A stretch of 64,000 nucleotides of DNA from Planctomycetota bacterium (GTDB lineage Bacteria > Pseudomonadota > Gammaproteobacteria > Eutrophobiales > Eutrophobiaceae): contig JBLIML010000003.1 in the NCBI GenBank assembly GCA_047638675.1, forward strand, positions 20,525 to 84,524, written 5' to 3'. The first letter of the stretch is position 1, and each line of letters begins with the position of its first letter. Below are positions 26,319 through 37,143 of this stretch, piece after piece. A program made the translations under genes and the position numbers. The notes beneath the pieces were generated by a model. It saw only the letters and a list, made by a program, of their open reading frames with translations. It ran no database searches and had not been told where the DNA came from.

Positions 26319-27254
26319 ATGACAGACAAGAAAGAAAAAGTAATGTTTAAGCTGATGGAAAAGCGTCGGATAGCCGCGGTTTTCTCCGCCATTTTACTGA
26401 CTATAGCGCTAGCTTCTTTGTTCACTCGAGGTTTGAATTTGGGCATTGATTTTACTGGAGGAACTCTGCTTGAAGTGGGCTTTTCTGAATCGGTAGAACT
26501 GGACAGTGTAAGGTCTGCTTTGGCGGATTCTGAATTCAATGATGCGACCGTTCAGTACTTTGGTTCATCAAAGGATGTGCTTATCAGGGTTGCACCGAAA
26601 GAAGGCAAGAACAGCGCCACTATCAGCAGCGAACTGCTAGCCTTGTTAAAAAATGTGGGCAAGCAAGCGGAGTTGCGACGGCAGGAATTTGTGGGCCCGC
26701 AGGTGGGAGAAGAATTGACGGAAGAAGGTGGTCTGGCAATGTTGGCGGCCCTCGGCATGATCATGTTGTATGTTGCCATCCGATTTCAGCTGCGTTTTTC
26801 TGCTGGTGCTATTGCCGCGCTAGCACATGACGTCATCATCACCATAGGGTTCTTCTCCATCACTCAAATGAATTTCGATTTAACGGTGTTGGCAGCGATA
26901 CTGGCGGTGATTGGTTATTCTTTGAACGATACAATTGTCGTCTTTGATCGAATACGCGAGAATTTCCGTCGTATGCGCAAGGAAGAACCGCTGGAAATAA
27001 TAAATGTCTCGCTTAATCAGACATTGAGCCGAACGATTATCACCTCATTAACAACTTTGCTTGTATTATCTGCTTTGTTTTTTGTCGGAGGGGAAATTAT
27101 TCATTCGTTCTCTGCGGCCTTGATTGTGGGCGTCGTGATCGGTACCTACTCCTCAATCTATATCGCCTGCCCGATAACACTGGCGCTGGGCGTGAGCAAG
27201 CAGGATTTAATGCCGGTGGAAAAAGAAGGCGAGGATTTGGTAGATCGTCCTTAA
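26319..27254 (+). CDS. secF: Protein translocase subunit SecF
   Basis: 311 aa with the LGIDFTGGT motif and a 6-TM layout. It follows secD. Confidence 0.95.
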   Translation: MTDKKEKVMFKLMEKRRIAAVFSAILLTIALASLFTRGLNLGIDFTGGTLLEVGFSESVELDSVRSALADSEFNDATVQYFGSSKDVLIRVAPKEGKNSATISSELLALLKNVGKQAELRRQEFVGPQVGEELTEEGGLAMLAALGMIMLYVAIRFQLRFSAGAIAALAHDVIITIGFFSITQMNFDLTVLAAILAVIGYSLNDTIVVFDRIRENFRRMRKEEPLEIINVSLNQTLSRTIITSLTTLLVLSALFFVGGEIIHSFSAALIVGVVIGTYSSIYIACPITLALGVSKQDLMPVEKEGEDLVDRP

Positions 27255-27417
27255 GCGCTTATCTTGCTGAATTGTTTTTCTTTCTTTCCTTATCTGTCCG
27301 GACCCAATCTTCGGCCAATTTTTAGCAGGTAAAATCTACTAACAAATTTTTTGTTTAAGTGCTATTTCTATTGGATCAATTGCAGACCTGGAACGTCAAT
27401 CAATATTCAAATAGTCT

Positions 27418-28575
27418 ATGCTCAAGATAATTGCAGATAACGCGATTCCCTTCGTCGAACGGTTTTTTTCTCGCATTGGCGAAGTCAATTTGGTCGATGG
27501 GCGAAAGATATTCGCAGAAACTATAAAAGGGGCTGATGTGCTTGTCTGTCGCACGGTAACCAAAGTTAACGCGCAATTGTTACAGAATTCAGCCATCTGT
27601 ATTGTCGCCAGTCCCACCAGTGGATTTGATCATGTCGATCTTAACTATTTGCAGCAGCAATCAATTACCTTCGTCTCTGCCCCCGGTAGTAATGCGCGTT
27701 CTGTGGCCGAATATGTCTTAAGTGCACTTTTTGTGCTGGCAGATCAAAACGCGTTTGATTTAACGGATAAAACAGTAGGCATCATAGGATGTGGCAAGGT
27801 CGGATCTGAAGTACGTGATTTTTTTCAAGCCATTGGTATTACGAGCCAGGTATATGATCCGATTTTACAAGAGAGTTCCGATAGCAACGATTACTGTGAG
27901 CTGGCGGATATTCAAGCGGCCGATATTATTACTCTACATGTGCCACTAACGACGGACGGTGCCTATCCAACTTTGCGAATGCTGGATGCACGTTTTTTTC
28001 ATGACTTGAAAGAAGACGTAATTCTTATAAACACTGCTCGTGGTCAGGTGTTGGATGAAACAGACTTTACAAAGTTTTTGTTGCTCAATCCGCAGGCCAT
28101 GGCTGTGGTCGATGTCTGGGAAAATGAACCCGCCATTGATGCGGCACTTTTGCTACGTGCAGATATTGCGACTTCCCACATAGCCGGTTACAGCATGGAC
28201 GGGAAGTTGCGCGCAACACAAATGGTGTTTGATAAGGTGTGCGAATCTCTGAACATAAATAACGACTATGAAGGTCAGCAAACGATATTTCCGATGGATA
28301 GGTCGCGCGAGATTTCTCTGAGTCATGATCAGAAAGACATTGATGCGATATCGATGGCCGTGCTGGCCTCTTATGATGTGCGAAGTGATGCCGCGGCCTT
28401 ACGACGTATCCTGGAAGACAATGTTGAAGACAGAAGTAGTTACTTCGATGATTTAAGAAATAATTATCCTATACGCCGGGAATTTTCTTCTCTGGGAATC
28501 GCGCTCACAAAAGAGGCAAAATCCTTACGCCAAATGTTGCTAACATTGGGTTTTCGACTCACCGACGCTATCTAA
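27418..28575 (+). CDS. pdxB: Erythronate-4-phosphate dehydrogenase
   Basis: 385 aa with a PdxB-like N-terminus (MLKIIADNAIPFVERFFSRIGEV), an NAD loop (GIIGCGKVG) and a C-terminal dimerisation extension. Confidence 0.85.
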   Translation: MLKIIADNAIPFVERFFSRIGEVNLVDGRKIFAETIKGADVLVCRTVTKVNAQLLQNSAICIVASPTSGFDHVDLNYLQQQSITFVSAPGSNARSVAEYVLSALFVLADQNAFDLTDKTVGIIGCGKVGSEVRDFFQAIGITSQVYDPILQESSDSNDYCELADIQAADIITLHVPLTTDGAYPTLRMLDARFFHDLKEDVILINTARGQVLDETDFTKFLLLNPQAMAVVDVWENEPAIDAALLLRADIATSHIAGYSMDGKLRATQMVFDKVCESLNINNDYEGQQTIFPMDRSREISLSHDQKDIDAISMAVLASYDVRSDAAALRRILEDNVEDRSSYFDDLRNNYPIRREFSSLGIALTKEAKSLRQMLLTLGFRLTDAI

Positions 28576-28589
28576 ACAGCCATACTAAT

Positions 28590-29183
28590 ATGAATATCGC
28601 TTTTCTGGCTTCGCACCGAGGTAGCAACATGCAATCCATAATTGATGCATGTAAATCCGGTTTATTATCCGCCACGCCGGTTGTGGTTATCAGTAATAAT
28701 ATTGACTCCGGTGCCCTTGCCAGAGCAAAGAGGGAAGGCATCCCTGCCTGCCACCTGAGTAGCCAATCATTCCCTGACGAGGCTGAACTTGATCAAATGA
28801 TTGTTAATTCTCTGTTGCAATACAATACTGAATTGGTGGTTCTCGCTGGCTATATGAAACGCATCGGTCCTTTGGTATTGGCGGCGTTTCCGGGAAGAGT
28901 GATTAATATTCACCCCTGCCTGCTACCTAAATATGGAGGTCAGGGGATGTACGGTATGCGTGTTCACGAAGCGGTGATAGCTGCGGGTGATAAGGAATCT
29001 GGTGTCACCATTCACGTGGTGAATGATGAATATGACAAGGGCGCTATACTGGCGCAACGAAAGGTAAGCGTAGAAGAGGGCGATAGCGCAGAAAGTCTTG
29101 CGCAGCGAGTACTCGCCCTGGAACACACCCTTTATGTCGACACCATTCGCAATATTATTGCGGGCAAAGTGTTGCTGCCTTGA
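28590..29183 (+). CDS. purN: Phosphoribosylglycinamide formyltransferase
   Basis: 197 aa with the motifs LASHRGSN, NIHPCLLPKYGG and SGVTIHVV. Confidence 0.85.
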   Translation: MNIAFLASHRGSNMQSIIDACKSGLLSATPVVVISNNIDSGALARAKREGIPACHLSSQSFPDEAELDQMIVNSLLQYNTELVVLAGYMKRIGPLVLAAFPGRVINIHPCLLPKYGGQGMYGMRVHEAVIAAGDKESGVTIHVVNDEYDKGAILAQRKVSVEEGDSAESLAQRVLALEHTLYVDTIRNIIAGKVLLP

Positions 29184-29199
29184 CCAGAGTAAATACCGC

Positions 29200-29970
29200 A
29201 TGATAAATATTGAGCGTTGTCTTGACAGGATTAATTACCAGGGAAGCCGAGAGCCGTCTCTTGAGACCTTGAAAGCCTTACAGCTCGCCTTCGTCTACGC
29301 GATCCCATTTGAGAATCTGGATATACATCTGCAGAGGAAAATTGAACTATCCGCAGAGAATAGTTACCGGAAAATAATTGATGAGCGGCGGGGCGGGTTT
29401 TGCTACGAATGCAATACGCTGTTTCATTCAATGCTTGAAATGCTTGGTTTCGATGTGAAGTTTGTCGCAGCCACTATGCAGCTTCCGATTGCCATGAATA
29501 TTGAGTTTGAGCATATGGCGCTGATGGTTCGTCTTGATGATGTTTATCTGGTGGATGTCGGAAATGGACAATCCTGCCAGCAAGCCATGCGAATTGGCGC
29601 TGATGAGATTGTTAAATTTGAAAATGTTGAGTATCGTCTCGACGAGTTTGAAGACGGCCATGCACTGTACTTCAGAGGAGAAGGTGATGACTGGTTGCCA
29701 CGATTTTCCTTTACAACAGTGCCACGGCAATTGAAAGAGTATGAGGAGATGTGTCACATAATTCAGACTTCGCCGGCGTCCCATTTCACGCATAGAAAGG
29801 TGATAACGATAGCCAGGCCAGACGGACGGGTGAGTCTTGTCGATAGAGATCTGGAAATAAAGCAGGCGGGAAGAGTGACAACGCGCAGCCTTAAATCGAA
29901 CGAACAATATAAAGAGAGCCTGGAGACTTACTTTTCTATTCAATTGCCTGAATTGCCGAAGAGTTGGTAG
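29200..29970 (+). CDS. Arylamine N-acetyltransferase (NAT family)
   Basis: 256 aa from the Met at 29200. It has IPFENLD and the catalytic Cys context RRGGFCYECN. Confidence 0.85.
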   Translation: MINIERCLDRINYQGSREPSLETLKALQLAFVYAIPFENLDIHLQRKIELSAENSYRKIIDERRGGFCYECNTLFHSMLEMLGFDVKFVAATMQLPIAMNIEFEHMALMVRLDDVYLVDVGNGQSCQQAMRIGADEIVKFENVEYRLDEFEDGHALYFRGEGDDWLPRFSFTTVPRQLKEYEEMCHIIQTSPASHFTHRKVITIARPDGRVSLVDRDLEIKQAGRVTTRSLKSNEQYKESLETYFSIQLPELPKSW

Positions 29971-29993
29971 GGGTCATAAACCAATAAACTTAT

Positions 29994-30143
29994 GGGGCTT
30001 CAGCAGAATCTGTGGGTGATAACACAACAGTCCTCTTGAGAATGAAAAAAATAAAATCCCGTCATTCCCGCCAAAAGCACGCGGGAATGACGGTTTTTGT
30101 TAGTTTGCCATTCTTATTCACCCACAGATTCTGCGAAAGAGCC
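29994..30143. mobile_element. MITE-like element, copy 2 (150 bp)
   Basis: Termini are GGGGCTTCAGCAGAATCTGTGGGTG and CACCCACAGATTCTGCGAAAGAGCC. The central hairpin is GTCATTCCCGC-caaaagcac-GCGGGAATGAC. It is flanked by AAACTTAT at 29986-29993 and 30144-30151. Confidence 0.8.
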
Positions 30144-30177
30144 AAACTTATTAACGTAGAAGCAGGAGTAAAAAACA

Positions 30178-30564
30178 ATGCGGATGCTACACACAATGCT
30201 GCGAGTCGGGGATTTGGAACGATCAAAGGCGTTTTACATTGACGTGCTTGAGATGAAATTGATACGGGAGCATGCGTTTCCCGAGGGTGAATTTACCCTG
30301 GCATTCGTTGGTTACGGCACAGAATCCGACTCTACCGTACTTGAGCTTACGCATAACTGGGGTCAATCAGACTATGACATGGGCAATGCCTATGGACATA
30401 TCGCCATTGGTGTTGATGATGTCTATAAAGCCTGCGAGCGTATACGTGCCGCCGGCGGTAAAGTTGTTCGCGAGGCGGGACCGATGGCAGCGGGGACAAC
30501 CGTTATCGCCTTTGTCGAAGACCCCGACGGTTACAAAGTCGAATTACTGGAAGACAAGCGATAA
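30178..30564 (+). CDS. gloA: Lactoylglutathione lyase (glyoxalase I)
   Basis: 128 aa with the motifs [32 protein letters not shown] and [12 protein letters not shown]. Confidence 0.95.
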   Translation: MRMLHTMLRVGDLERSKAFYIDVLEMKLIREHAFPEGEFTLAFVGYGTESDSTVLELTHNWGQSDYDMGNAYGHIAIGVDDVYKACERIRAAGGKVVREAGPMAAGTTVIAFVEDPDGYKVELLEDKR

Positions 30565-30572
30565 ATCTATTT

Positions 30573-30698
30573 GGCTCTTTCGCAGAATCTGTGGGTGAAA
30601 ATATAATATTCTTTTGAGCCTGGATAAACATAGCACGCGGGAATGACGGTGTTTTTTACCTGTCTTTCCTGTTAACCCATAGATTCTGCTGAAGACCC
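30573..30698. mobile_element. MITE-like element, copy 3 (126 bp, inverted relative to copy 1)
   Basis: Termini are GGCTCTTTCGCAGAATCTGTGGGTG and AACCCATAGATTCTGCTGAAGACCC. Its reverse complement aligns with both arms of copy 1, with the centre deleted. It is flanked by ATCTATTT at 30565-30572 and 30699-30706. Confidence 0.8.
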
Positions 30699-30705
30699 AT
30701 CTATT

Positions 30706-31146
30706 TTATTCCACGGTAATAGTAATCTGTTTTGATACCACAGCCGGATCATGTGGAATGTGACTGAAATCGCCTAACAGTAATTGTAAAGTATGCGTGC
30801 CTGGTTCGAGTTCTATGCTGGCTTCGGTCTGACCTCCACCAAAATGACGATGTTTGTCATCTTTGCCTATGGGTAAGTGCATTGCCGGCAACTCAGTATC
30901 TATCAGCAGGTGGTGGTGGCCAGTATTGGCGATATTGGCCCCGGCTGGTGCTACGCCCATATTTTTGAGACCAAAACGTACCACTACCGGGTTTTGCAGA
31001 GTCTCTCCATCGGCTGGAGAAATAAAATAGAGTTCAGCCCTGGTTTCCGGACCACTCGCGGCCAAAATGGCGCTGGGCGTAAGGATAAGTACATAAAGTA
31101 TAGCTATCGATCTAATCATGCTCTGCTTCCTGAATTTTGTTTTCAA
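30706..31146 (-). CDS. DUF4399 domain protein, periplasmic
   Basis: 146 aa with a signal peptide. The blocks VVRFGLKNMGVAPAG, TGHHHLLID and HFGGGQTE resemble DUF4399. Confidence 0.65.
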   Translation of the reverse strand: MKTKFRKQSMIRSIAILYVLILTPSAILAASGPETRAELYFISPADGETLQNPVVVRFGLKNMGVAPAGANIANTGHHHLLIDTELPAMHLPIGKDDKHRHFGGGQTEASIELEPGTHTLQLLLGDFSHIPHDPAVVSKQITITVE

Positions 31147-31277
31147 CAGGCGATTAGTTTAGCACAGACTGTAATCTTTAAATAAGGTTGACGACATGAC
31201 GGGAGTCGCGGAAAATCCCGTCCAGCCAGATTATTTAATGACCAGTTAAACTCTCTCTTAAATCCCAAATATTAATA

Positions 31278-33752
31278 ATGTTCTTAAGCATCTCTAGCTG
31301 TTATGACAATCTCGTCCTGGGGAAACCCAGGCTGACGTTGGCGCTTCTGCTTATTACGTTTGTCTTCTTTGGCTTGTTTGTTAAAGATTTCAAGCTGGAT
31401 GCTTCATCAGATTCTCTAATGCTCGAGAACGATGAAGATTTAAGAATTTTTCGTGAGGTAAGTGAGCGCTACGAAACTCGCGATTTATTGTTTGTTGCAT
31501 TTACACCTAACGATGATCTGTTTTCAGAGAGTGCACTCGGCCAGATAAAGTCTTTGCGTGATGAGTTGGCACAGCTCGCTCGTGTCGAATCGGTACTTTC
31601 CATTCTCGATGTACCGTTGGTAAAGATCGTTGGTGGCAAGTTGTCTGAGGTTGCAAAGAACTTTCGAACATTGGAAGACCCTACCGTCGATCGCGAAAAA
31701 GCCAAAGCTGAGTTATTGGAGAGTCCCATATTCAAGGACACAATCGTTAGTGCCGATGCGGGAACAACTATGCTGGTGCTAAGCTTAAAAACAGACAAGG
31801 AGTACTCGCGTCTTTCAAAAAAGAAAAATGGTCTACTGATTGAGCGAGGCAAAGCGGATTTTACACCGGACGCCGCTGCTGAATTGGCACGAACTTTAGC
31901 CGAATACAACAAGGTCAAGCTCAGGCTGGACACTGATAATCACAATAATATTGTGGAAACACGCGCAATAATGGCGAAATATGCACAATATGGCGATGTG
32001 CATCTGGGCGGCCTGACCATGATCTCCGATGATATGATCACCTTCATCAAAAATGATCTTCTGGTTTTTGGTATTGGCATTTTTGTTTTTCTGGTGATTA
32101 TGCTGACCACCATTTTTCGTCAGACACGTTGGGTAGTCCTGCCCCTGATGAGCTGTGTTTTCGCCGGCCTGGTAATGGTTGGATTTCTGGGTCTGGTGGG
32201 TTGGAAAGTGACTGTGATTTCTTCGAATTTTATCTCGCTGATGCTGATCCTGACGATGTCCATGAATGTACATTTGATTGTCCGCTATCGACAGTTGCGC
32301 CGAGATGATCCGACGCTCAATCAGCACGATCTGGTAATGGATATGAGCAGGCATATGGTCTTGCCCTGTTTATACACAGCATTGACGACCATGATTGGAT
32401 TTGCCTCACTTGTCGTCAGTGGCATCAAACCGGTGATTGATTTTGGCTGGATGATGACTATTGGCCTGGGCGTTACCTTCTTTACTTCCTTCACCTTGTT
32501 TCCAGCCATTTTGATGTTGTTGAATCCGGCAAAGATACCTGACGCGGAAAACTCAGAGGTACCTGTTACACGCGCTCTGGCTGGATTTACCGAGAGACAT
32601 GGCGGCATGGTTCTAGTGATATCTTTACTACTGGCGGTGGTGAGTGCCATTGGTATAAGCCGCTTGAAGGTGGAAAACAGCTTAATCAATTATTTTAGCG
32701 AGAGCACAGAGATCTATCAGGGCCTAAAGTTAATTGACGACAAGCTCGGTGGCACCACGCCGCTTGATGTGACGCTTAAGTTCGATGATGTTAAGGAATA
32801 TGGCGAAGTTGAAGAAGGGGGTGATGACGAGTTTGGCGATTTTGAAGATCTCTATGATGAAGATACAGACAGCGCTGATGGCTGGTTTACCGCCTATAAG
32901 ATGGAACGCATCAAGGCCGTGCATGATTATCTGGATGGGCTACCGGCTGTTGGTAAGGTTTTGTCTCTTGCCTCATTGTTGAGATTGGCAGAGGACCTGA
33001 ATGACGGTGAGCCCTTTGATGCTTTTGAACTGGCGATAATAAACAAGCGTGCGCCGGAAGAATTGAAGTCGAGCATGATTGAACCTTATATATCCATTGA
33101 GAATAATGAGGCGAGGATCAATTTGCGCATACTGGATTCACTGGAAGATCTTCGACGCAATGACCTGCTTATCCAGATTAATAAGGATCTGGTAGAAAAA
33201 CTGGGTCTGGCACCAGAAGACTTCCAGGTGAATGGCATCCTGGTCCTCTACAACAATATGCTACAGAGTCTGTTTCGCTCGCAGATTATGACGCTTGGTG
33301 TGGTTATGTTGGGTATTGCCTTAATGTTGGTGGTGTTGTTCCGTTCAGTTTCTCTTGCGATCATTGGGATTATTCCCAATCTACTGGCCGCGGCCATTAT
33401 TCTTGGGTTGATGGGACTGATGAACATTCCCCTGGATCTAATGACAATCACAATCGCCGCGGTAACCATCGGAATTGCTGTCGATAACAGCATCCATTAT
33501 ATATACCGTTTTCGTGAAGAATTTCCCGTACACCAGGATTACATTAAGACCATGCATTTTTGCCACGCTAATATTGGCAGGGCCGTGTTTTACACCGCTA
33601 TCACTATTATCGTCGGCTTTTCCATCATGGTAATGTCGAATTTTATCCCCACCATTTATTTCGGCCTGTTAATTGCCCTGGCGATGTTTATTGCCTTACT
33701 CGCGGTTTTAACTTTACTGCCGAAACTTATCCTGATGTGGAAACCCTTTTAG
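31278..33752 (+). CDS. RND-superfamily exporter (COG1033 / MMPL-HpnN type)
   Basis: 824 aa with two 6-TM bundles, each preceded by a large periplasmic domain. An acidic stretch (EVEEGGDDEFGDFEDLYDEDTDSADG) sits in the second periplasmic domain. Confidence 0.75.
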   Translation: MFLSISSCYDNLVLGKPRLTLALLLITFVFFGLFVKDFKLDASSDSLMLENDEDLRIFREVSERYETRDLLFVAFTPNDDLFSESALGQIKSLRDELAQLARVESVLSILDVPLVKIVGGKLSEVAKNFRTLEDPTVDREKAKAELLESPIFKDTIVSADAGTTMLVLSLKTDKEYSRLSKKKNGLLIERGKADFTPDAAAELARTLAEYNKVKLRLDTDNHNNIVETRAIMAKYAQYGDVHLGGLTMISDDMITFIKNDLLVFGIGIFVFLVIMLTTIFRQTRWVVLPLMSCVFAGLVMVGFLGLVGWKVTVISSNFISLMLILTMSMNVHLIVRYRQLRRDDPTLNQHDLVMDMSRHMVLPCLYTALTTMIGFASLVVSGIKPVIDFGWMMTIGLGVTFFTSFTLFPAILMLLNPAKIPDAENSEVPVTRALAGFTERHGGMVLVISLLLAVVSAIGISRLKVENSLINYFSESTEIYQGLKLIDDKLGGTTPLDVTLKFDDVKEYGEVEEGGDDEFGDFEDLYDEDTDSADGWFTAYKMERIKAVHDYLDGLPAVGKVLSLASLLRLAEDLNDGEPFDAFELAIINKRAPEELKSSMIEPYISIENNEARINLRILDSLEDLRRNDLLIQINKDLVEKLGLAPEDFQVNGILVLYNNMLQSLFRSQIMTLGVVMLGIALMLVVLFRSVSLAIIGIIPNLLAAAIILGLMGLMNIPLDLMTITIAAVTIGIAVDNSIHYIYRFREEFPVHQDYIKTMHFCHANIGRAVFYTAITIIVGFSIMVMSNFIPTIYFGLLIALAMFIALLAVLTLLPKLILMWKPF

Positions 33753-34043
33753 TCTTCGTTGGTCGAACCTAGAAGTGGATTAGAAATGCTTTGAAGAAAC
33801 ATTTTAATTTTCATATAGATAGAGAGTTTAACCAAAATTTAACCGTAGTGGCTGATTTCGCTTATCACCTTAAATTTTGATACTTTGTGTGAATTAACCC
33901 TTTCTCAGATCAGGGGATGCAATTACAATTGTGCAACATAAGGTTAACGGTGAGGTTTAATTGCAACACTCAGATTAATGGAGAGGAGTGCTGAAGTGTA
34001 GACAGGCGTCGTATAGCCTATATACAAATAATAAAATCAAATC

Positions 34044-34727
34044 ATGGATCAGAATACGAAATATAAAGCTGCGGAGAGTCGTACTATGAATTTTAAAGTC
34101 GTAATTAGCCAGTTCCTCTACATGTCATTGCTGCTGTTATCGCTGGGTGTCAACGCGGTGACATCTGAACCGGGCGAGGTTATAAAAAGCACTGTGGGCG
34201 GGGTACTTGATCGCCTGGAAGTAGAGAAAGAGCAATTAGATGCTCATCCTGAGCGTATTTATGAGCTGATACAGGAGCTCGTGATCCCTCATTTTGATTT
34301 TTCCAGCATGTCCAAGTGGGTTTTGGGGAAAACTAATTGGCAGGGAGCCAGCACGGAACAGCGCAACATCTTTGTTGAGCAGTTCAGGACCCTCCTGGTT
34401 CGCACCTACGCGAAGGCTTTGCTTGAATACTCACAAGAAAAGGTTCAAGTTAGTGAAGTTAAAACTGATCCAAAGTCGAATCTTGTGACAGTTAAAACCG
34501 AGGTACAACAACCTGGCGGTGGGGGCGGTATTCCCATTAACTATCGCATGCATATCAGTGGTGGTGACTGGAAGGTGGTTGATGTGTCTGTGGATGGTAT
34601 CAGTCTGGTCAGATCCTATCGGGGTTCGTTTGCCTCAGAAATAAAGGCAAATGGCCTGGAATCCCTTATCGGCAAATTGATGGAGAAAAATGATAAGTTG
34701 GCCAGTTCATTGACGAGTGAAAATTAG
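34044..34727 (+). CDS. mlaC: MlaC/Ttg2D-type periplasmic phospholipid-binding protein
   Basis: 227 aa with a signal peptide. It has the characteristic HFDFSSMSKWVLGKTNW...QRNIFVEQFRTLLVRTYAKAL. It is in the canonical position upstream of ibaG-murA. Confidence 0.8.
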   Translation: MDQNTKYKAAESRTMNFKVVISQFLYMSLLLLSLGVNAVTSEPGEVIKSTVGGVLDRLEVEKEQLDAHPERIYELIQELVIPHFDFSSMSKWVLGKTNWQGASTEQRNIFVEQFRTLLVRTYAKALLEYSQEKVQVSEVKTDPKSNLVTVKTEVQQPGGGGGIPINYRMHISGGDWKVVDVSVDGISLVRSYRGSFASEIKANGLESLIGKLMEKNDKLASSLTSEN

Positions 34728-34892
34728 TCGAGTTAAAACCCGTAGGCTCTTTTTATCACCGCAGCAGTAGTCTTCCTTTCAGAATAAACAGGTGTGGGTA
34801 CTAGTACCCACTGCCTGGATAACTTAAGCTACTCCCTTTTTACGCCCCCTATATTCGGTTTAGTCGATCCGATAAATTGTCTGGAGCAAACC

Positions 34893-35147
34893 ATGCAGTG
34901 TGAAGATATTAAACAGCTAATACAGAGCGGTATTCCCGATAGTATTGTCGAGATAGAAGGCGATGACGGCACGCATTTTGGTGCCATCATCATTAGTGAG
35001 GAATTCGTCGGTAAATCTATGGTTCAGCAGCATCAAATTGTCTATAAGACGCTTGGTGAGAAGATGGGTACTGATATTCACGCACTCTCAATGCAGACCC
35101 ATACCCCTGAGGAATGGGAAAAGAAAAAACATTTACGTGTCAGGTAA
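34893..35147 (+). CDS. ibaG: BolA-family protein IbaG/YrbA
   Basis: 84 aa from the Met at 34893. The block GDDGTHFGAIIISEEFVGKSMVQQHQIVY is the BolA signature. It is immediately upstream of murA. Confidence 0.85.
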   Translation: MQCEDIKQLIQSGIPDSIVEIEGDDGTHFGAIIISEEFVGKSMVQQHQIVYKTLGEKMGTDIHALSMQTHTPEEWEKKKHLRVR

Positions 35148-35158
35148 TTGTCGGGTAA

Positions 35159-36427
<1,269 letters not shown>

Positions 36428-36513
36428 AGTAAAAAGTAAAAAGTGAATATAAGTTTGGTGTCTTTTCTTGAATAAAAAGAACAATTTTATTAACGGATCT
36501 TCCTAGACAAATT

Positions 36514-37143
36514 TTGATGAACAACGACATTACAATTGCTATTTCCAAGGGGCGAATTCTGGAGCAATCCTTGCCTTTGCTGGCCAGGCTGGGTATTCAT
36601 CCCGAAGAAGATCCTGATTCGTCGCGTAAGCTGATTTTCTCTACTAATGAAGCGAATATACGCTTGATCATGATTCGTGCGAGCGACGTGCCAACCTATG
36701 TTGAATATGGGGCGGCAGATATTGGCATCGCTGGTAAAGACGTGTTGATGGAGTACGGTGGTGAAGGTCTTTATGAGCCTCTTGATCTGGGTATTTGTCG
36801 TTGTCGCCTGTCACTTGCCGGACCAGAGCAGGCACAGACCACTAATGGACGGCTGCGTGTCGCGACAAAGTATGTGCTAACCACCCGCGATTACTTTGCT
36901 GCAAAGGGCAAGCAGGTGGAAATCATTAAACTCTATGGTTCCATGGAATTGGCACCTGTATTAGGCCTGGCTGATTTAATTGTTGATTTGGTGGAATCAG
37001 GCAACACGTTGAAGGCCAATGGCATGGTCGAACTTGAAAAGATAACAGATATTAGTTCGCGACTTGTGGTCAACAAAGCGGCAATGAAGATGAAGCATTC
37101 CCTGATCAAACCTTTTATTTCGCGCCTGGCCGCAGCCCTGTAA
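36514..37143 (+). CDS. hisG: ATP phosphoribosyltransferase, short (HisZ-dependent) form
   Basis: 209 aa with the blocks [34 protein letters not shown] and [13 protein letters not shown]. Confidence 0.9.
   Translation: MMNNDITIAISKGRILEQSLPLLARLGIHPEEDPDSSRKLIFSTNEANIRLIMIRASDVPTYVEYGAADIGIAGKDVLMEYGGEGLYEPLDLGICRCRLSLAGPEQAQTTNGRLRVATKYVLTTRDYFAAKGKQVEIIKLYGSMELAPVLGLADLIVDLVESGNTLKANGMVELEKITDISSRLVVNKAAMKMKHSLIKPFISRLAAAL

Noticed and set aside
30012-30242. 76-aa ORF from the track (MGDNTTVLLRMKKIKSRHSRQKHAGMT...)
   Set aside because: It is a read-through of MITE copy 2, running across the GTCATTCCCGC hairpin into the gloA 5' region. It has no RBS or family resemblance and overlaps a well-supported gene start.
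8160-30698. CRISPR-like array suggested by the recurring palindromic GTCATTCCCGC...GCGGGAATGAC units
   Set aside because: There are only three loci, which are not tandem and have no regular repeat-spacer periodicity or cas genes. The units sit inside elements with terminal inverted repeats and target-site duplications, which makes them MITEs.
31469-32354. Two ~150-aa minus-strand ORFs inside the RND gene. Similar long antisense ORFs occur at 31-582, 29428-29943, 60586-61062 and 63344-63751.
   Set aside because: Each is fully contained antisense within a strongly supported gene (RND exporter, MFS, NAT, murC, ddl) and has an atypical Ser/Arg/Cys-rich composition. They are treated as frame artefacts.
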